Assembly (NCBI GenBank): GCA_965649055.1
Contig: CBFGJG010000009.1
Coordinates: 1 to 60,069, forward strand
Direction of reading: 5' to 3'
Length of the DNA: 60,069 nt
Source: a candidate division WOR-3 bacterium
GTDB taxonomy: Bacteria; Hydrothermota; UBA3072; B12-G15
Part shown: one piece after another, positions 29,559 through 39,270 of the stretch
How positions within the stretch are numbered: position 1 is the stretch's first letter
How the letters are laid out: each line of letters begins with the position of its first letter
Made by a program: the position numbers and the translations under genes
The notes under the pieces: generated by a model
Told to the model about the DNA's origin: nothing
Database searches by the model: none
The model's input: only the letters and a program-made list of their open reading frames with translations

Positions 29559-30944
29559 TCAGAATCCCCCTTTTTCTTTCTCGATAATCCTTGCAACCTT
29601 AAATATGTTTGCTTCATCAAATGGCCTTCCAATAAACTGAATACCACAGGGAAGGTGGTCATCTGTAAAACCTGCGGGTATACTTATTGCAGGTAGACCT
29701 GCGAGATTGGCACCAGCAGTAAGGCTATCTGAAAGATGCATCTTAACAGGGTCTTCTATTCTTTCTCCTAACTTGAATGGTTTTGTATTGGCAGTTGGTG
29801 TAAGTATCAAATCATATTCTTTAAGAACGTCTATCATCTCATCCCTTATAATCCTTCTCACCTTTGCACCTCTTTCATAATACTCACCAATTGCTTCAGC
29901 TGAAAGAACATAATTGCCTATAAGAATCCTTCTTTTTACTTCGTTCAAGAATCCTTCCCTCCTTGTTTCCATCAAAGAACTGAAGAAATCATCTTTCTCT
30001 GCAAGAAAACCATATTTTACGCCATCATACCTTGAAAGATTACTTGATGCTTCTGCCATCGCAATCACCTGATATGTTGAAACAATATATTTTGTATGTG
30101 GTAAAGAAATATTAAATATTCTAAAGCCTATACTTTTTAAGAATTCAACTGCACTGCAAAAAACTTTATATACATCTTCATCAATTCCTTCAACATATTC
30201 AACAGGTATTGCTAATTTTAAGTTTATAAATTCATCCGGTAATTCCCTGCATACCGGAATATCGACAGTTGTAGAGTCATTCTTATCAAAACCTGCTATA
30301 GTTGTATATATCTCAAATAAGTCCTGGACCGAATTAGCAAATATCCCAATCTGGTCAAGAGAAGATGCAAATGCTACAAGTCCATACCTTGATATCCTTC
30401 CATAGGTTGGCTTTAAACCTAAAACACCACAAAAAGAAGCAGGCTGCCTGACAGAACCACCGGTATCAGAACCGAGTGAAACAGGAACATCTCCACATGC
30501 TACCGTAACAGCAGAACCACCCGAAGAACCACCCGGAACCCTTGATTTATCATAAGGATTTCTTGAAGGACCGAAATAAGAATTCTCTGTTGAAGAACCC
30601 ATAGCAAATTCGTCCATATTTGTCTTCCCAACTATTATTGCACCTTCTTTTTTTAATCTCTCTATTACAGTTGCATCATAGACCGGGATAAAATCTTCAA
30701 GCATCTTTGAACCACAGGTAGTTCTTAAGCCTAAAGTTATTATATTATCTTTTACTGCTATAGGTATTCCATATAACCGTCCTTTAGGATTTTCCTTTAA
30801 ACATCTGAATGCATAATCATTATCAACGGTTATGTATGCATTTAAATCCCTGTTTTTCTCAATACTTTCAAATGTCTCCATCAATATGTCCTGTTCATTC
30901 GCTCCGGAATTTATGGCATTCCTAATCTCAGATATTTTCCTCAT
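29559..30944 (-). CDS. gatA: Asp/Glu-tRNA amidotransferase subunit A
   Basis: Amidase signature [12 protein letters not shown] and KDNI motif, 461 aa. Confidence 0.95.
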   Translation of the reverse strand: MRKISEIRNAINSGANEQDILMETFESIEKNRDLNAYITVDNDYAFRCLKENPKGRLYGIPIAVKDNIITLGLRTTCGSKMLEDFIPVYDATVIERLKKEGAIIVGKTNMDEFAMGSSTENSYFGPSRNPYDKSRVPGGSSGGSAVTVACGDVPVSLGSDTGGSVRQPASFCGVLGLKPTYGRISRYGLVAFASSLDQIGIFANSVQDLFEIYTTIAGFDKNDSTTVDIPVCRELPDEFINLKLAIPVEYVEGIDEDVYKVFCSAVEFLKSIGFRIFNISLPHTKYIVSTYQVIAMAEASSNLSRYDGVKYGFLAEKDDFFSSLMETRREGFLNEVKRRILIGNYVLSAEAIGEYYERGAKVRRIIRDEMIDVLKEYDLILTPTANTKPFKLGERIEDPVKMHLSDSLTAGANLAGLPAISIPAGFTDDHLPCGIQFIGRPFDEANIFKVARIIEKEKGGF

Positions 30945-31212
30945 CCATCACCCTTTTAATAACAAATAGTTTTTCTTTTTTCATTTTTGCATTTTTCAGT
31001 GCTTCCTCATTAGGTATTGAATCTTTTACTATGTCTTCTCTTAATTTAAGAAATCTGTCCTCATTAGGAAAATACAATGGCTCAACACCATCAACAATGA
31101 CTTCTTTTAATTTATCAATATGTTTTATAATATCTTCAATGTCCTTTGCAAATTTTTCCTTATTCTTCTCTTCGATGATTATATATGATAATTTAGATAG
31201 TTTTTCAAGCAT
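30928..31212 (-). CDS. gatC: Asp/Glu-tRNA amidotransferase subunit C
   Basis: 94 aa, directly upstream of gat[29 protein letters not shown] and LREDIV are typical of GatC. Confidence 0.85.
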   Translation of the reverse strand: MLEKLSKLSYIIIEEKNKEKFAKDIEDIIKHIDKLKEVIVDGVEPLYFPNEDRFLKLREDIVKDSIPNEEALKNAKMKKEKLFVIKRVMDEENI

Positions 31213-31214
31213 AA

Positions 31215-31748
31215 CTATACAGGTAAATCATCATAAACTATACTTAATTTTTCTGCAATTTTAAAGTAAATATTCCTGATGAAATCTTTCTTATTTATAT
31301 TGTAAGCGAATCTTAAAATTGTCAAATTCTTGTTCTCGGTTGTTTTAATAAATATTTCCAATCTTGTCTGGCCTTTAACAATAAATTTTCGAGAAGAGAG
31401 ATTTTTTAATTTATATTTATACTCTGTTTTTTCTTTCTTACCGAGAAAAAATCTATCATAGTAAAGTATTATCCTCTCAGGTTCAATTACTACATTATAA
31501 GGCAACATATCGTTTAACAGAATCATATATATTATAAATGTAAAAATTAAAACAAAACCTAAAAATGCTAATATTTCGTAAGAACCCCTAAATTTTATCA
31601 AAAGATAAAAAGCAAAACCTATAAAGAAGGTTTCAGTTAGAAAAAAGACATAATAAAAAAATGTTAATGCTTTCCTATTCCAGTTACTCATCTTTATGTT
31701 TAATCTGTCTTCCTCTTCTTTGAATTCATATTCTATCAAAACATTCAT
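31215..31748 (-). CDS. Hypothetical membrane protein (2 predicted TM segments plus a soluble C-terminal domain)
   Basis: 177-aa ORF, first gene behind a consensus promoter, 2 nt upstream of gatC. No recognisable motif. Confidence 0.6.
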   Translation of the reverse strand: MNVLIEYEFKEEEDRLNIKMSNWNRKALTFFYYVFFLTETFFIGFAFYLLIKFRGSYEILAFLGFVLIFTFIIYMILLNDMLPYNVVIEPERIILYYDRFFLGKKEKTEYKYKLKNLSSRKFIVKGQTRLEIFIKTTENKNLTILRFAYNINKKDFIRNIYFKIAEKLSIVYDDLPV

Positions 31749-31754
31749 AACGGA

Positions 31755-31782
31755 ATTATAAAATAATAAAAATTTCTGTCAA
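31755..31782 (-). promoter_or_regulatory. Predicted consensus promoter of the hyp-gatCAB-uvrA operon, leaderless geometry
   Basis: On the minus strand: TTGACA(31782-31777), 16 nt, TATAAT(31760-31755), 6 nt, ATG(31748). Confidence 0.62.
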
Positions 31783-31800
31783 TGAAAATACTTAAATGTT

Positions 31801-32640
31801 TCAATATGTTGAAAGAAATCCTTTTTTCCTTGAGAATTTATCCATGATATTAAATACCAGGACACCTGTAAAAAGCCAGATAAATATTATAACTGTTAAT
31901 CTTAACATTATAGAACCGTATGAGAAAGTTATATTTTCTCCCAATAAAAAATGTCTTATCCCGAGAACTCCGTAAGTTGTCGGAAAGAACAATGCCGCCT
32001 TTCTTAAGAAAACAGGCATAACTGCAAGTGGATATGCTATGGGTGTAAGGATAGAAAACAATGTTGAAATTATTTCTGAAAAAACCCACCATTGTTTGAA
32101 TCCTATTGTAAGACCTGCTATAAGTATACCAAGTCCATAAAGTGCAATAACCATAAAAATCAGAATTACCAGTGCAGGAAATAGTCCATTAATATTAAAA
32201 ACTATTTTAAAGAAAATTGTGATTGATATCGCTTGCACAAGCATAATCAATCCTTGATGAAATGTAGAATGTAATGCAGTTCCGGCAACATAAACCCATC
32301 TTGGTGTTGGTGTGGAGAAAATCGTCTCAAGTGTTCCAAAGTATTGTTCCTTTCTCAATGAAGAGCCCATTGCCCAGCATGCTGTATTCAAGAAGCCCAT
32401 TATTATATAACCTATAAATATATAGGAAATCATATCACTTACATTTGTGAGATTCTTTAAATTCTCGGAATTCCTTCCACCTACGAGTGCAATACCATAG
32501 AAAAAATATGGTAGTAGATAAACAAAAGGTTCTACAAGTTGTCTTATGAAATCTGGTTTATAAGAAAGGTCTATTTTCCAGTTTTTAATATTCTCGGCAT
32601 TTATAGCCCTTAAATAATGAATCGTATTAATAATATGCAA
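31801..32640 (-). CDS. ABC-2 type transporter permease
   Basis: 279 aa, about 6 TM segments. Paralogous to the upstream permease (shared ...YFGTLE...SPTP... motif). Confidence 0.8.
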   Translation of the reverse strand: MHIINTIHYLRAINAENIKNWKIDLSYKPDFIRQLVEPFVYLLPYFFYGIALVGGRNSENLKNLTNVSDMISYIFIGYIIMGFLNTACWAMGSSLRKEQYFGTLETIFSTPTPRWVYVAGTALHSTFHQGLIMLVQAISITIFFKIVFNINGLFPALVILIFMVIALYGLGILIAGLTIGFKQWWVFSEIISTLFSILTPIAYPLAVMPVFLRKAALFFPTTYGVLGIRHFLLGENITFSYGSIMLRLTVIIFIWLFTGVLVFNIMDKFSRKKGFLSTY

Positions 32641-33430
32641 GGGTGCCTTCCCTTCTTGTCTTTCTATCTATAAAATAGAAAGTCAGGATTCCGGATGGTA
32701 ATATAAAAATATCAAGGATTAAAATCATAATGGCATTCTTGAGAAAATTGAACTCAAGACCTAAAAGTAATCCCCTGATTGCAATGAGTGCATAAGTTAA
32801 AGGGATAAATAAACTTACTGCCCTTGTAACAGGATTAACTTCCACAGGATATCTTATTGGAGAAAAAAGGAAAAGAACATATTCAAAAACATGTAAAAGT
32901 CCATGTGCTTCTTTAACAAGAAGTGTTAATGCAGCAGCAAAAAAACCTATACCATAGAGCCCTATAAGTAATAGTAGTAATATAATAAGAAAAGGTGCTA
33001 TCCTGAAAAGAGATATATGTAAACCAAAAAATAATGTGCATAGAAAAATTTGAAAGACAACAAAAATACTTGAAAGTAATGTGTTGTATATTGCCTTTGC
33101 AAACAACAAAACATATTGTGGTGTAGGAGAAGAAAGAACATATTCAAGTGTCCCAAAATACATTTCATCCCTGAAAGATGAACCCATACTCCACACTGCT
33201 GAAAACATATATGTGCTAAAAATAGCGCCAATAAGTATGTAAGGTATATATTCTTCTGTTCCTGCAAGATTCCCGAATGAACTGCTGTTTAAACCACCGA
33301 CAAGTGCCTTCCCCTGAAATATTAAGGGTATCATCCATAAGAGTGGAAAGATAGTCCAGAAGAAAATCTCAATTGGATATGAAAGCATTATCTTAAAATT
33401 CTTCCTGATTTCCTCTAATATTATCCTCAT
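32627..33430 (-). CDS. ABC-2 type transporter permease
   Basis: MYFGTLEYVLSSPTP motif, about 6 TM segments. Start set at MRIILEE (33430), overlapping the ATPase stop. ATG 33388 is an alternative. The track start at 33520 lies deep inside the ATPase gene. Confidence 0.75.
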   Translation of the reverse strand: MRIILEEIRKNFKIMLSYPIEIFFWTIFPLLWMIPLIFQGKALVGGLNSSSFGNLAGTEEYIPYILIGAIFSTYMFSAVWSMGSSFRDEMYFGTLEYVLSSPTPQYVLLFAKAIYNTLLSSIFVVFQIFLCTLFFGLHISLFRIAPFLIILLLLLIGLYGIGFFAAALTLLVKEAHGLLHVFEYVLFLFSPIRYPVEVNPVTRAVSLFIPLTYALIAIRGLLLGLEFNFLKNAIMILILDIFILPSGILTFYFIDRKTRREGTLAYY

Positions 33431-34397
33431 CCTGTCCTTCCTTAAGGCTTTGACCTGTAAGATAGACAAATACATCTTCAAGTGTGGGTTCAGTGAATTC
33501 AATTGAAAGAATCTTCGCATTTTTTCTTATCTTTTCAATAACCGAGTTTAAAATACCTTCTGGATCTTCGGTGTTTATTCTCAAATATGTTAGACCATCT
33601 TTCTTTGAGATATTAAAATTATTTATTTCCTTTAGTTCTGTTATTTCATTCCCATCCATATTCCCAAGAAATTTTATTTCAAGTATGTTATCCTTGTTAA
33701 GTATCTTCTTCAATGCTTCTGAAGTCCCTATCTGGACTATTTTCCCGTTACTCATAAAGGCGACCCTGTCACAGAGTTCATCTGCCTCTTCCATATAATG
33801 GGTTGTTAGAAGAATAGTCTTTTTTAATTTTCTATTAAGTTCATCTTTTATAAAATTTCTTATAAATCTTGCGAAATAAGGGTCAAGCCCTATTGTAGGT
33901 TCATCAATAAGTAAGACTGGTGGATTGTGAATCATTGCCCTCGCAATGGATAATTTTTGTTTCATTCCAGATGAAAGCCTTTCAACCCTTTCATTTGCCT
34001 TGTCTTTTAATTCCATAAGTTCAAGAAGAAAATCAATCCTTTCTTTAGTTTGTCTTCTTGGGACACCATAAAGAGCAGCAAAATATTTCAGATTATCAAC
34101 CACTGATAATTTCCAGTATAAAGACCTTTCGCCACCTGTAAGAAGACCTATCTTCCTTCTAACATTTAAGGAATCTTTTAAGACATCATATCCACCAACT
34201 ATAGCAGTTCCTTTATCAGGAATAAGGAGTGTTGATATACATTTTATCAAAGTAGTCTTACCCGCCCCATTTGGTCCAAGAAGGCCAAATATTTCACCTT
34301 CGTTTATCTTAAAACTTACATCGTCAACAGCACGAACTTCACCTTTTCTTTTCTTAAAAATCTTGGTAAGATTTTTTAATATTATATCATTCTTCAT
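33393..34397 (-). CDS. ABC transporter ATP-binding protein (DrrA/CcmA-like with an extra C-terminal domain)
   Basis: GLLGPNGAGKTT, LSSGMKQKLSIARA and LLIDEPTIGLD motifs. Confidence 0.92.
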   Translation of the reverse strand: MKNDIILKNLTKIFKKRKGEVRAVDDVSFKINEGEIFGLLGPNGAGKTTLIKCISTLLIPDKGTAIVGGYDVLKDSLNVRRKIGLLTGGERSLYWKLSVVDNLKYFAALYGVPRRQTKERIDFLLELMELKDKANERVERLSSGMKQKLSIARAMIHNPPVLLIDEPTIGLDPYFARFIRNFIKDELNRKLKKTILLTTHYMEEADELCDRVAFMSNGKIVQIGTSEALKKILNKDNILEIKFLGNMDGNEITELKEINNFNISKKDGLTYLRINTEDPEGILNSVIEKIRKNAKILSIEFTEPTLEDVFVYLTGQSLKEGQDEDNIRGNQEEF

Positions 34398-34404
34398 TAT
34401 TTTG

Positions 34405-34432
34405 AATATATTTATTTTTCAAATTATTTCAA
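34405..34432 (-). promoter_or_regulatory. Predicted promoter of the ABC-2 transporter operon, leaderless geometry
   Basis: On the minus strand: TTGAAA(34432-34427), 16 nt, TATATT(34410-34405), 7 nt, ATG(34397). Confidence 0.55.
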
Positions 34433-34549
34433 GAAATAATAAAAATTTTTTGATAATTTTAATCCAAAACAAAATCATCTTTAATATTATTCATCTGAAA
34501 TTAAAATTGTAATCGCAATCTAAAAAATAATTTCATTCCCAGTTTAACT

Positions 34550-37190
34550 TTATTTTATGAATATAAATTTTATGCCTTTACTCTTCTCTACAATACTTGC
34601 AAAATATACACCTTTAGGAACTTCTTTATTCCATATTATATCTTTTTTCGTTATCTTTATCCTGTCTATCACAACACCAAGGACATTGTATATCACTATT
34701 TCACCTTCCAATATCCTATCAATATGGAATATAACCGAACCTTTCACAATTTCACATCTCAATATCACATCTCTATCATCATCTTTTTCTATACCTGTTA
34801 AACCTGTCCTGAAATCTACCTCATTTGGTGCATTTCCTGATATATAAAACCATCTTGAATGTATCGGTGAACCATATTTTGGATGGTATTTTACCCTTAA
34901 TCTCCATTTGTAAAGCCTGTTATTATCAAGACCACTTATTACATTAGATAAATTATATCCAGATGTCCCTAAATCTATCCAATCTGTCGTTATCAGTTCT
35001 ATTCCATCAAATGGTATTCCGAGTGGTTTTACTTCTATCTCTGCTTTTCCTAAAATTCTTCCATAGATTGAGAAAAGATGGGAAGAGAAACCAAATGAGT
35101 TCTTTGAATATGTTAAAAGAGAAGGAACTATCGGTGTTGTTAAATCTGTCCTTAATTGCTTCATCTCAATAGGTCTTCCATTACCATTACCATAATAAAC
35201 ATATGCTCTACCTTCATCTCCTTCTCCATTGTCATAACAATAAGCACCAACTATTATATCTGAATATCCATCTCCATTTACATCTCCTGTTGTGGATACT
35301 GAAATACCATAATATGCATTTGCCTGATTCGATTCTCCTATCCAATCCGGTGTTAACGACAACCCTATAGGTGAACCATAATAAACATATGCACAACCTT
35401 CATATGTCTCACCATTGGAATATTGGTAAGCACCTATTATAACATCTGAATACCCATCTCCATTTACATCTCCTGCTGTCGAGACTGAATAACCATAATG
35501 TGCATTTGCCTGATTCGATTCTCCTATCCAATCCGGTGTTAACGACAACCCTGTAGGTGAACCATAATAAACATATGCACGACCTTCGTTCGATTCCCCA
35601 TTGTCATACCAAAGAGCACCGATTATCACATCAGAATACCCATCTCCATTAACATCTCCCGCTTCTGAGACCGAAACACCATAGAATGCGAGTAACTGAT
35701 TTGATTCTCCTGTCCAGTCTGGTGTCAATGATAATCCTGTTGAAGAACCATAATAAACATATGCACGACCTTCGTATGTCTCACCATTGGAATAAGCTTG
35801 AGCACCGATTAAACAATCACAATATCCATCTCCATTTACATCTCCTGCTGTGGAAACTGAATCCATAGTATGCCCCATCCTGATTTGATTCTCCTGTCCA
35901 ATCTGGTGTTAATGATAGTCCTGTTGGAGAACCATAATATAAAAATGCAGCACCTTCATTATTCTCTACATTATAATATAAAAAAGCACCTATAATAATA
36001 TCTGAATACCCATCTCCATTTACATCTCCTGCTATGGATACTGAATAACCATAATATTCATAATCTTGATATAACCCGCTTTGACCTGTCCAATCTGGCG
36101 TTGATGATAATCCTGACTGAGAACCATAATATAAAAATACAGCACCTACATCCGTAGCTAAATTATCATATTTGTAAGCACTTATAATGACATCTGAATA
36201 TCCATCTCCATTTACATCCCCCGCTGTTGCAACTGAATAACCATAATATGCCCAATCCTGATTTGATTCTCCTGTCCAATCAGGTGTTGATGATAGTCCT
36301 GTTGGTGAACCATAATATAAAAATGCAGCACCTTCATCACCTTCTCCATTATCATAATCAGAAGCACCTATAATGACATCTGAATATCCATCTCCATTCA
36401 CATCCCCCGCTGTTGCAACTGAATAACCATAATATGCGTTTGCCTGATTTGACTCACCTATCCAGTTAGGCGCAGATGATAATGGGTCTATTGTTATTGG
36501 ATATATTGCATCTTTATCATCTATAACTATAGCAAATCTATTATCTGATATTATCCTGAATTCACCTTTAAGTTCCTTACCTTCCTTATCCGTTATCTTC
36601 ATATCACCATATCGCAATACCTCAGCACCGCCTGGAACATCCATACCAAAACTTATTTTTTTACCATCAATTCCCATCATAACCTTATCCATCTTCACTT
36701 CAAACTGAAGTATAAGCTCCCCTTCTCCTTCAGGCCTTTTATTCACTATAAAATCTTCCCTCATTCCTTTCTCATTATTCACAAAAACAATATCTATACC
36801 ATTACCTTTCACATATCCTTTATTCTTCTGGACTTTGAGCCCTTTACCCTTATATTCTATATTCTTATCCTTTCCATATTCCTTTAACATTATCTTTACT
36901 TCCCATTTATCCCTATCTTCCCTTGGACAAACCTTGAATCCATCTTCATAATAACTGAACCTTAAATTATGTGAGCGATTCGGTGATTGATATTCTTCGG
37001 ATCTTTCCTGCCATCTTATATCATATTCACTCTCTTTTATATAATTCATCACATTATTTAACCATTCTTCATAACTCATTTTTGAATCATTTATCTTATG
37101 ATTATCTCGATGGTTGAACGATAAGAAACAAAAAAGAAAGACAAAAGACCAGATAGAAACTTTCTTCAACAGTGAAATTATAACTTTCAT
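34550..37190 (-). pseudogene. Secreted seven-repeat FG-GAP (integrin-alpha-like beta-propeller) protein with a T9SS-type C-terminal sorting domain; reading frame broken once near 35852-35864
   Basis: ORFs 35817-37190 and 34550-35878 overlap by 62 nt. Together they encode a signal peptide, an N-terminal domain, seven 62-aa repeats (TPDWTGESNQ..YYGYSVS.AGDVNGDGYSDVIIGA...EG.AYVYYGS.TGL) and a C-terminal domain (IVIYNVLGVVI...KGVYFASI...KFIFIK). The frame switch falls inside repeat 4, at GGATTCAGTTTCC on the coding strand. Confidence 0.75.
35182..36482 (-). repeat. Seven tandem 186-nt coding repeats (FG-GAP blades)
   Basis: Long near-identical nucleotide stretches recur with a 186-nt period. 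For example, TGCCTGATTCGATTCTCCTATCCAATCCGGTGTTAACGACAACCCT occurs at 35321 and again at 35507. Confidence 0.85.
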
Positions 37191-37290
37191 AAGACCCCCT
37201 TTTTGAAAGGTTTAATTTCACTATTTTTACAGAATGTTAAGATTTGCCGGCTAATTTTAATGAAAGAACAATCTATCTTAACACATTTTT

Positions 37291-37318
37291 ATTATATGTC
37301 TTTTTATAAATTTGTCAA
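37291..37318 (-). promoter_or_regulatory. Predicted consensus promoter of the FG-GAP gene (leadered, about 94-nt 5' UTR)
   Basis: On the minus strand: TTGACA(37318-37313), 16 nt, TATAAT(37296-37291). SD AAGGGGG lies 5 nt before ATG 37190. Confidence 0.55.
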
Positions 37319-37403
37319 GAATTTTCTACGTAAGGTTCTGAAATTTTACAAAATAAAATTTTTTACGAAAAAAAGAAATTTATTAATTCATACTAAAACC
37401 AAT

Positions 37404-38753
37404 TTATATCTTTATGAATAATCTTGCAATTGAGAAATAGATTAAAAGACCCGAGCTATCAATCAAAGTTGTCAAAAGTGGTGAGCTTACAACAGCAGGG
37501 TCAATCTTAACAAGATAACACAATATTGGTAATATTGCACCGATTATATTAGCCCATATTATAACACACAATATTGCCAAACCTGCAATAATTGATATAA
37601 CAACACTTTGATGAATCAAGAAAATACTCCATAAGAAAATTGCAAGCCCCATCGATATACCCAGAAGCATACCAACAAGAAGTTCTTTCAATACTATCTT
37701 AAGCCAATCCCTTTTTCTTACATCACCAATTGTCATAGCCCTTATAATCAAAACAGATGATTGCGTCCCTGTGTTTCCACCTGAATCAATAATAACAGGG
37801 ATAAAGATTGAAAGAGCAATAACAACGGACAAAAATTCCTGAAATGTTTTAATTACCTGAGAAGAAAGAAAACCCGCGACAAGAAGAATAAAGAGCCATA
37901 CAATTCTTTTTTTGAATAATGTGAATATACTCGCCTTAGAATAACTAATATCAAGTGGATTTACAGATGCCCCTTTATGGAAGTCTTCTGTTGCCTCTTC
38001 TTCAATAACATCAATAATATCATCAACAGTTATTATGCCTATCAGGACATTCTCAGAATCAACAACCGGCAATGCAACCCTATCATATTTTTGCATTAAT
38101 TTTGCTGCTTTTTCCTTATCATCGTACGCTGAAAGTGAAATGTAATTATAATCCATTAAGGATTCAATCTTTTTCTTCTTATCAGCAAGAACGATCTCTC
38201 CTAAAGGGATATCATCTATAAGTTTATTCTTTTTATCAACCACATAAACCATATCAATAGTCTCTGCATTTTTCCCGAACCTTCTTATATGGGAAAGAGC
38301 TTTACCAACAGTCCAATCCGGACACAGCTTAACATAATAATCAGTCATAAGCCTTCCAACACTATCTTCAGGATAACCAAGCAATTTCAGAGTCTGTCTT
38401 CTCTCTTCCGGTGAAAGTAATGATAAAAGTTTCTGCGTAATCTCACCCGGTAACTCTTCAAATAAAGCGGTTCTATCATCAGGTTCAAGGTCTGATATTA
38501 ATTTTGATATGAATTCATTTGACATATTCTTAAGCAGTTTTTCCTGTGCATCCGGTTCAAGATAAGCGAAAACTTCAGCTGTTAATTTTTTAGGTATAAG
38601 TCTAAAAAAAACAGCCTGTTCCTCTTCAGACAAAGACATCAAAAGGTCTGCAATCTCTATTGGTTCCCAATCCTGTATTACTTCTTTAAGACTTTTCAAG
38701 TCTTTTGATTCTATCATCTCCTGTATTTCAGGCTTCAAAATCCTTGATAACAT
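37404..38753 (-). CDS. mgtE: Magnesium transporter MgtE
   Basis: MgtE N-domain, a CBS pair ([25 protein letters not shown]), and a 5-TM C-terminus with [11 protein letters not shown]. Confidence 0.93.
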   Translation of the reverse strand: MLSRILKPEIQEMIESKDLKSLKEVIQDWEPIEIADLLMSLSEEEQAVFFRLIPKKLTAEVFAYLEPDAQEKLLKNMSNEFISKLISDLEPDDRTALFEELPGEITQKLLSLLSPEERRQTLKLLGYPEDSVGRLMTDYYVKLCPDWTVGKALSHIRRFGKNAETIDMVYVVDKKNKLIDDIPLGEIVLADKKKKIESLMDYNYISLSAYDDKEKAAKLMQKYDRVALPVVDSENVLIGIITVDDIIDVIEEEATEDFHKGASVNPLDISYSKASIFTLFKKRIVWLFILLVAGFLSSQVIKTFQEFLSVVIALSIFIPVIIDSGGNTGTQSSVLIIRAMTIGDVRKRDWLKIVLKELLVGMLLGISMGLAIFLWSIFLIHQSVVISIIAGLAILCVIIWANIIGAILPILCYLVKIDPAVVSSPLLTTLIDSSGLLIYFSIARLFIKI

Positions 38754-38759
38754 AAAAAT

Positions 38760-38787
38760 AAAATATAATATAAATAAAATTAGTCAA
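38760..38787 (-). promoter_or_regulatory. Predicted promoter of mgtE, leaderless geometry
   Basis: On the minus strand: TTGACT(38787-38782), 16 nt, TATTTT(38765-38760), 6 nt, ATG(38753). Confidence 0.5.
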
Positions 38788-38927
38788 GCCTGATTTAAAA
38801 AATTTCGTAATACTAACAGACAAAAAGGCTTTTGGGTTTAAAAGGTAAAAATCAACAACATATTGTTAGTCTCATCAATCATATTAAATTAGATTGACAG
38901 AAATTTAAAACTTCAATTACAAAATAC

Positions 38928-38955
38928 TTGACAATTTTTAATTTATTATTATATT
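38928..38955 (+). promoter_or_regulatory. Predicted promoter of arsR-permease-trx, leaderless geometry
   Basis: TTGACA(38928-38933), 16 nt, TATATT(38950-38955), 6 nt, ATG(38962). Confidence 0.6.
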
Positions 38956-38961
38956 CCAATT

Positions 38962-39270
38962 ATGGAATATACTATAAATGAAGTTTCAAACATATTTAAG
39001 ATACTATCAAATCCTTTAAGGATAAAAATTATATATGCTTTAAAAAACAGAGAATTCTGTATTTGTGAATTATTGCAGATACTGAATGAAAAACAACCTG
39101 TCATTTCAAAACATATAAAAGAATTAAAAAATGCAGATATAATAAAAACAGAAAGGAAAGGCAATAAAATATTATGCTCAATAAAAGACCCTCATATTTT
39201 TGAACTGTTAGAAGGTGTTAAAAAACTGATAAAGAGGAATTTAAAGGAAAAATATAAGGAGATAAAATGA
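38962..39270 (+). CDS. ArsR/SmtB family transcriptional regulator
   Basis: LSNPLRIKIIYALKNREFCICELLQILNEKQPVISKHIKELKNADII is a typical winged HTH with a CxC metal/metalloid site. Confidence 0.88.
   Translation: MEYTINEVSNIFKILSNPLRIKIIYALKNREFCICELLQILNEKQPVISKHIKELKNADIIKTERKGNKILCSIKDPHIFELLEGVKKLIKRNLKEKYKEIK

Noticed and set aside
37203-37421. 72-aa ORF between the FG-GAP gene and mgtE
   Set aside because: It has a non-ATG start and a low-complexity AT-rich translation. It overlaps the predicted promoter and 5' UTR of the FG-GAP gene and the 3' end of mgtE.
38754-38961. M-box (Mg) riboswitch upstream of mgtE
   Set aside because: The predicted promoter puts the transcription start at the mgtE ATG. 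The 208-nt spacer is extremely AT-rich and has none of the conserved GC-containing M-box helices I know.
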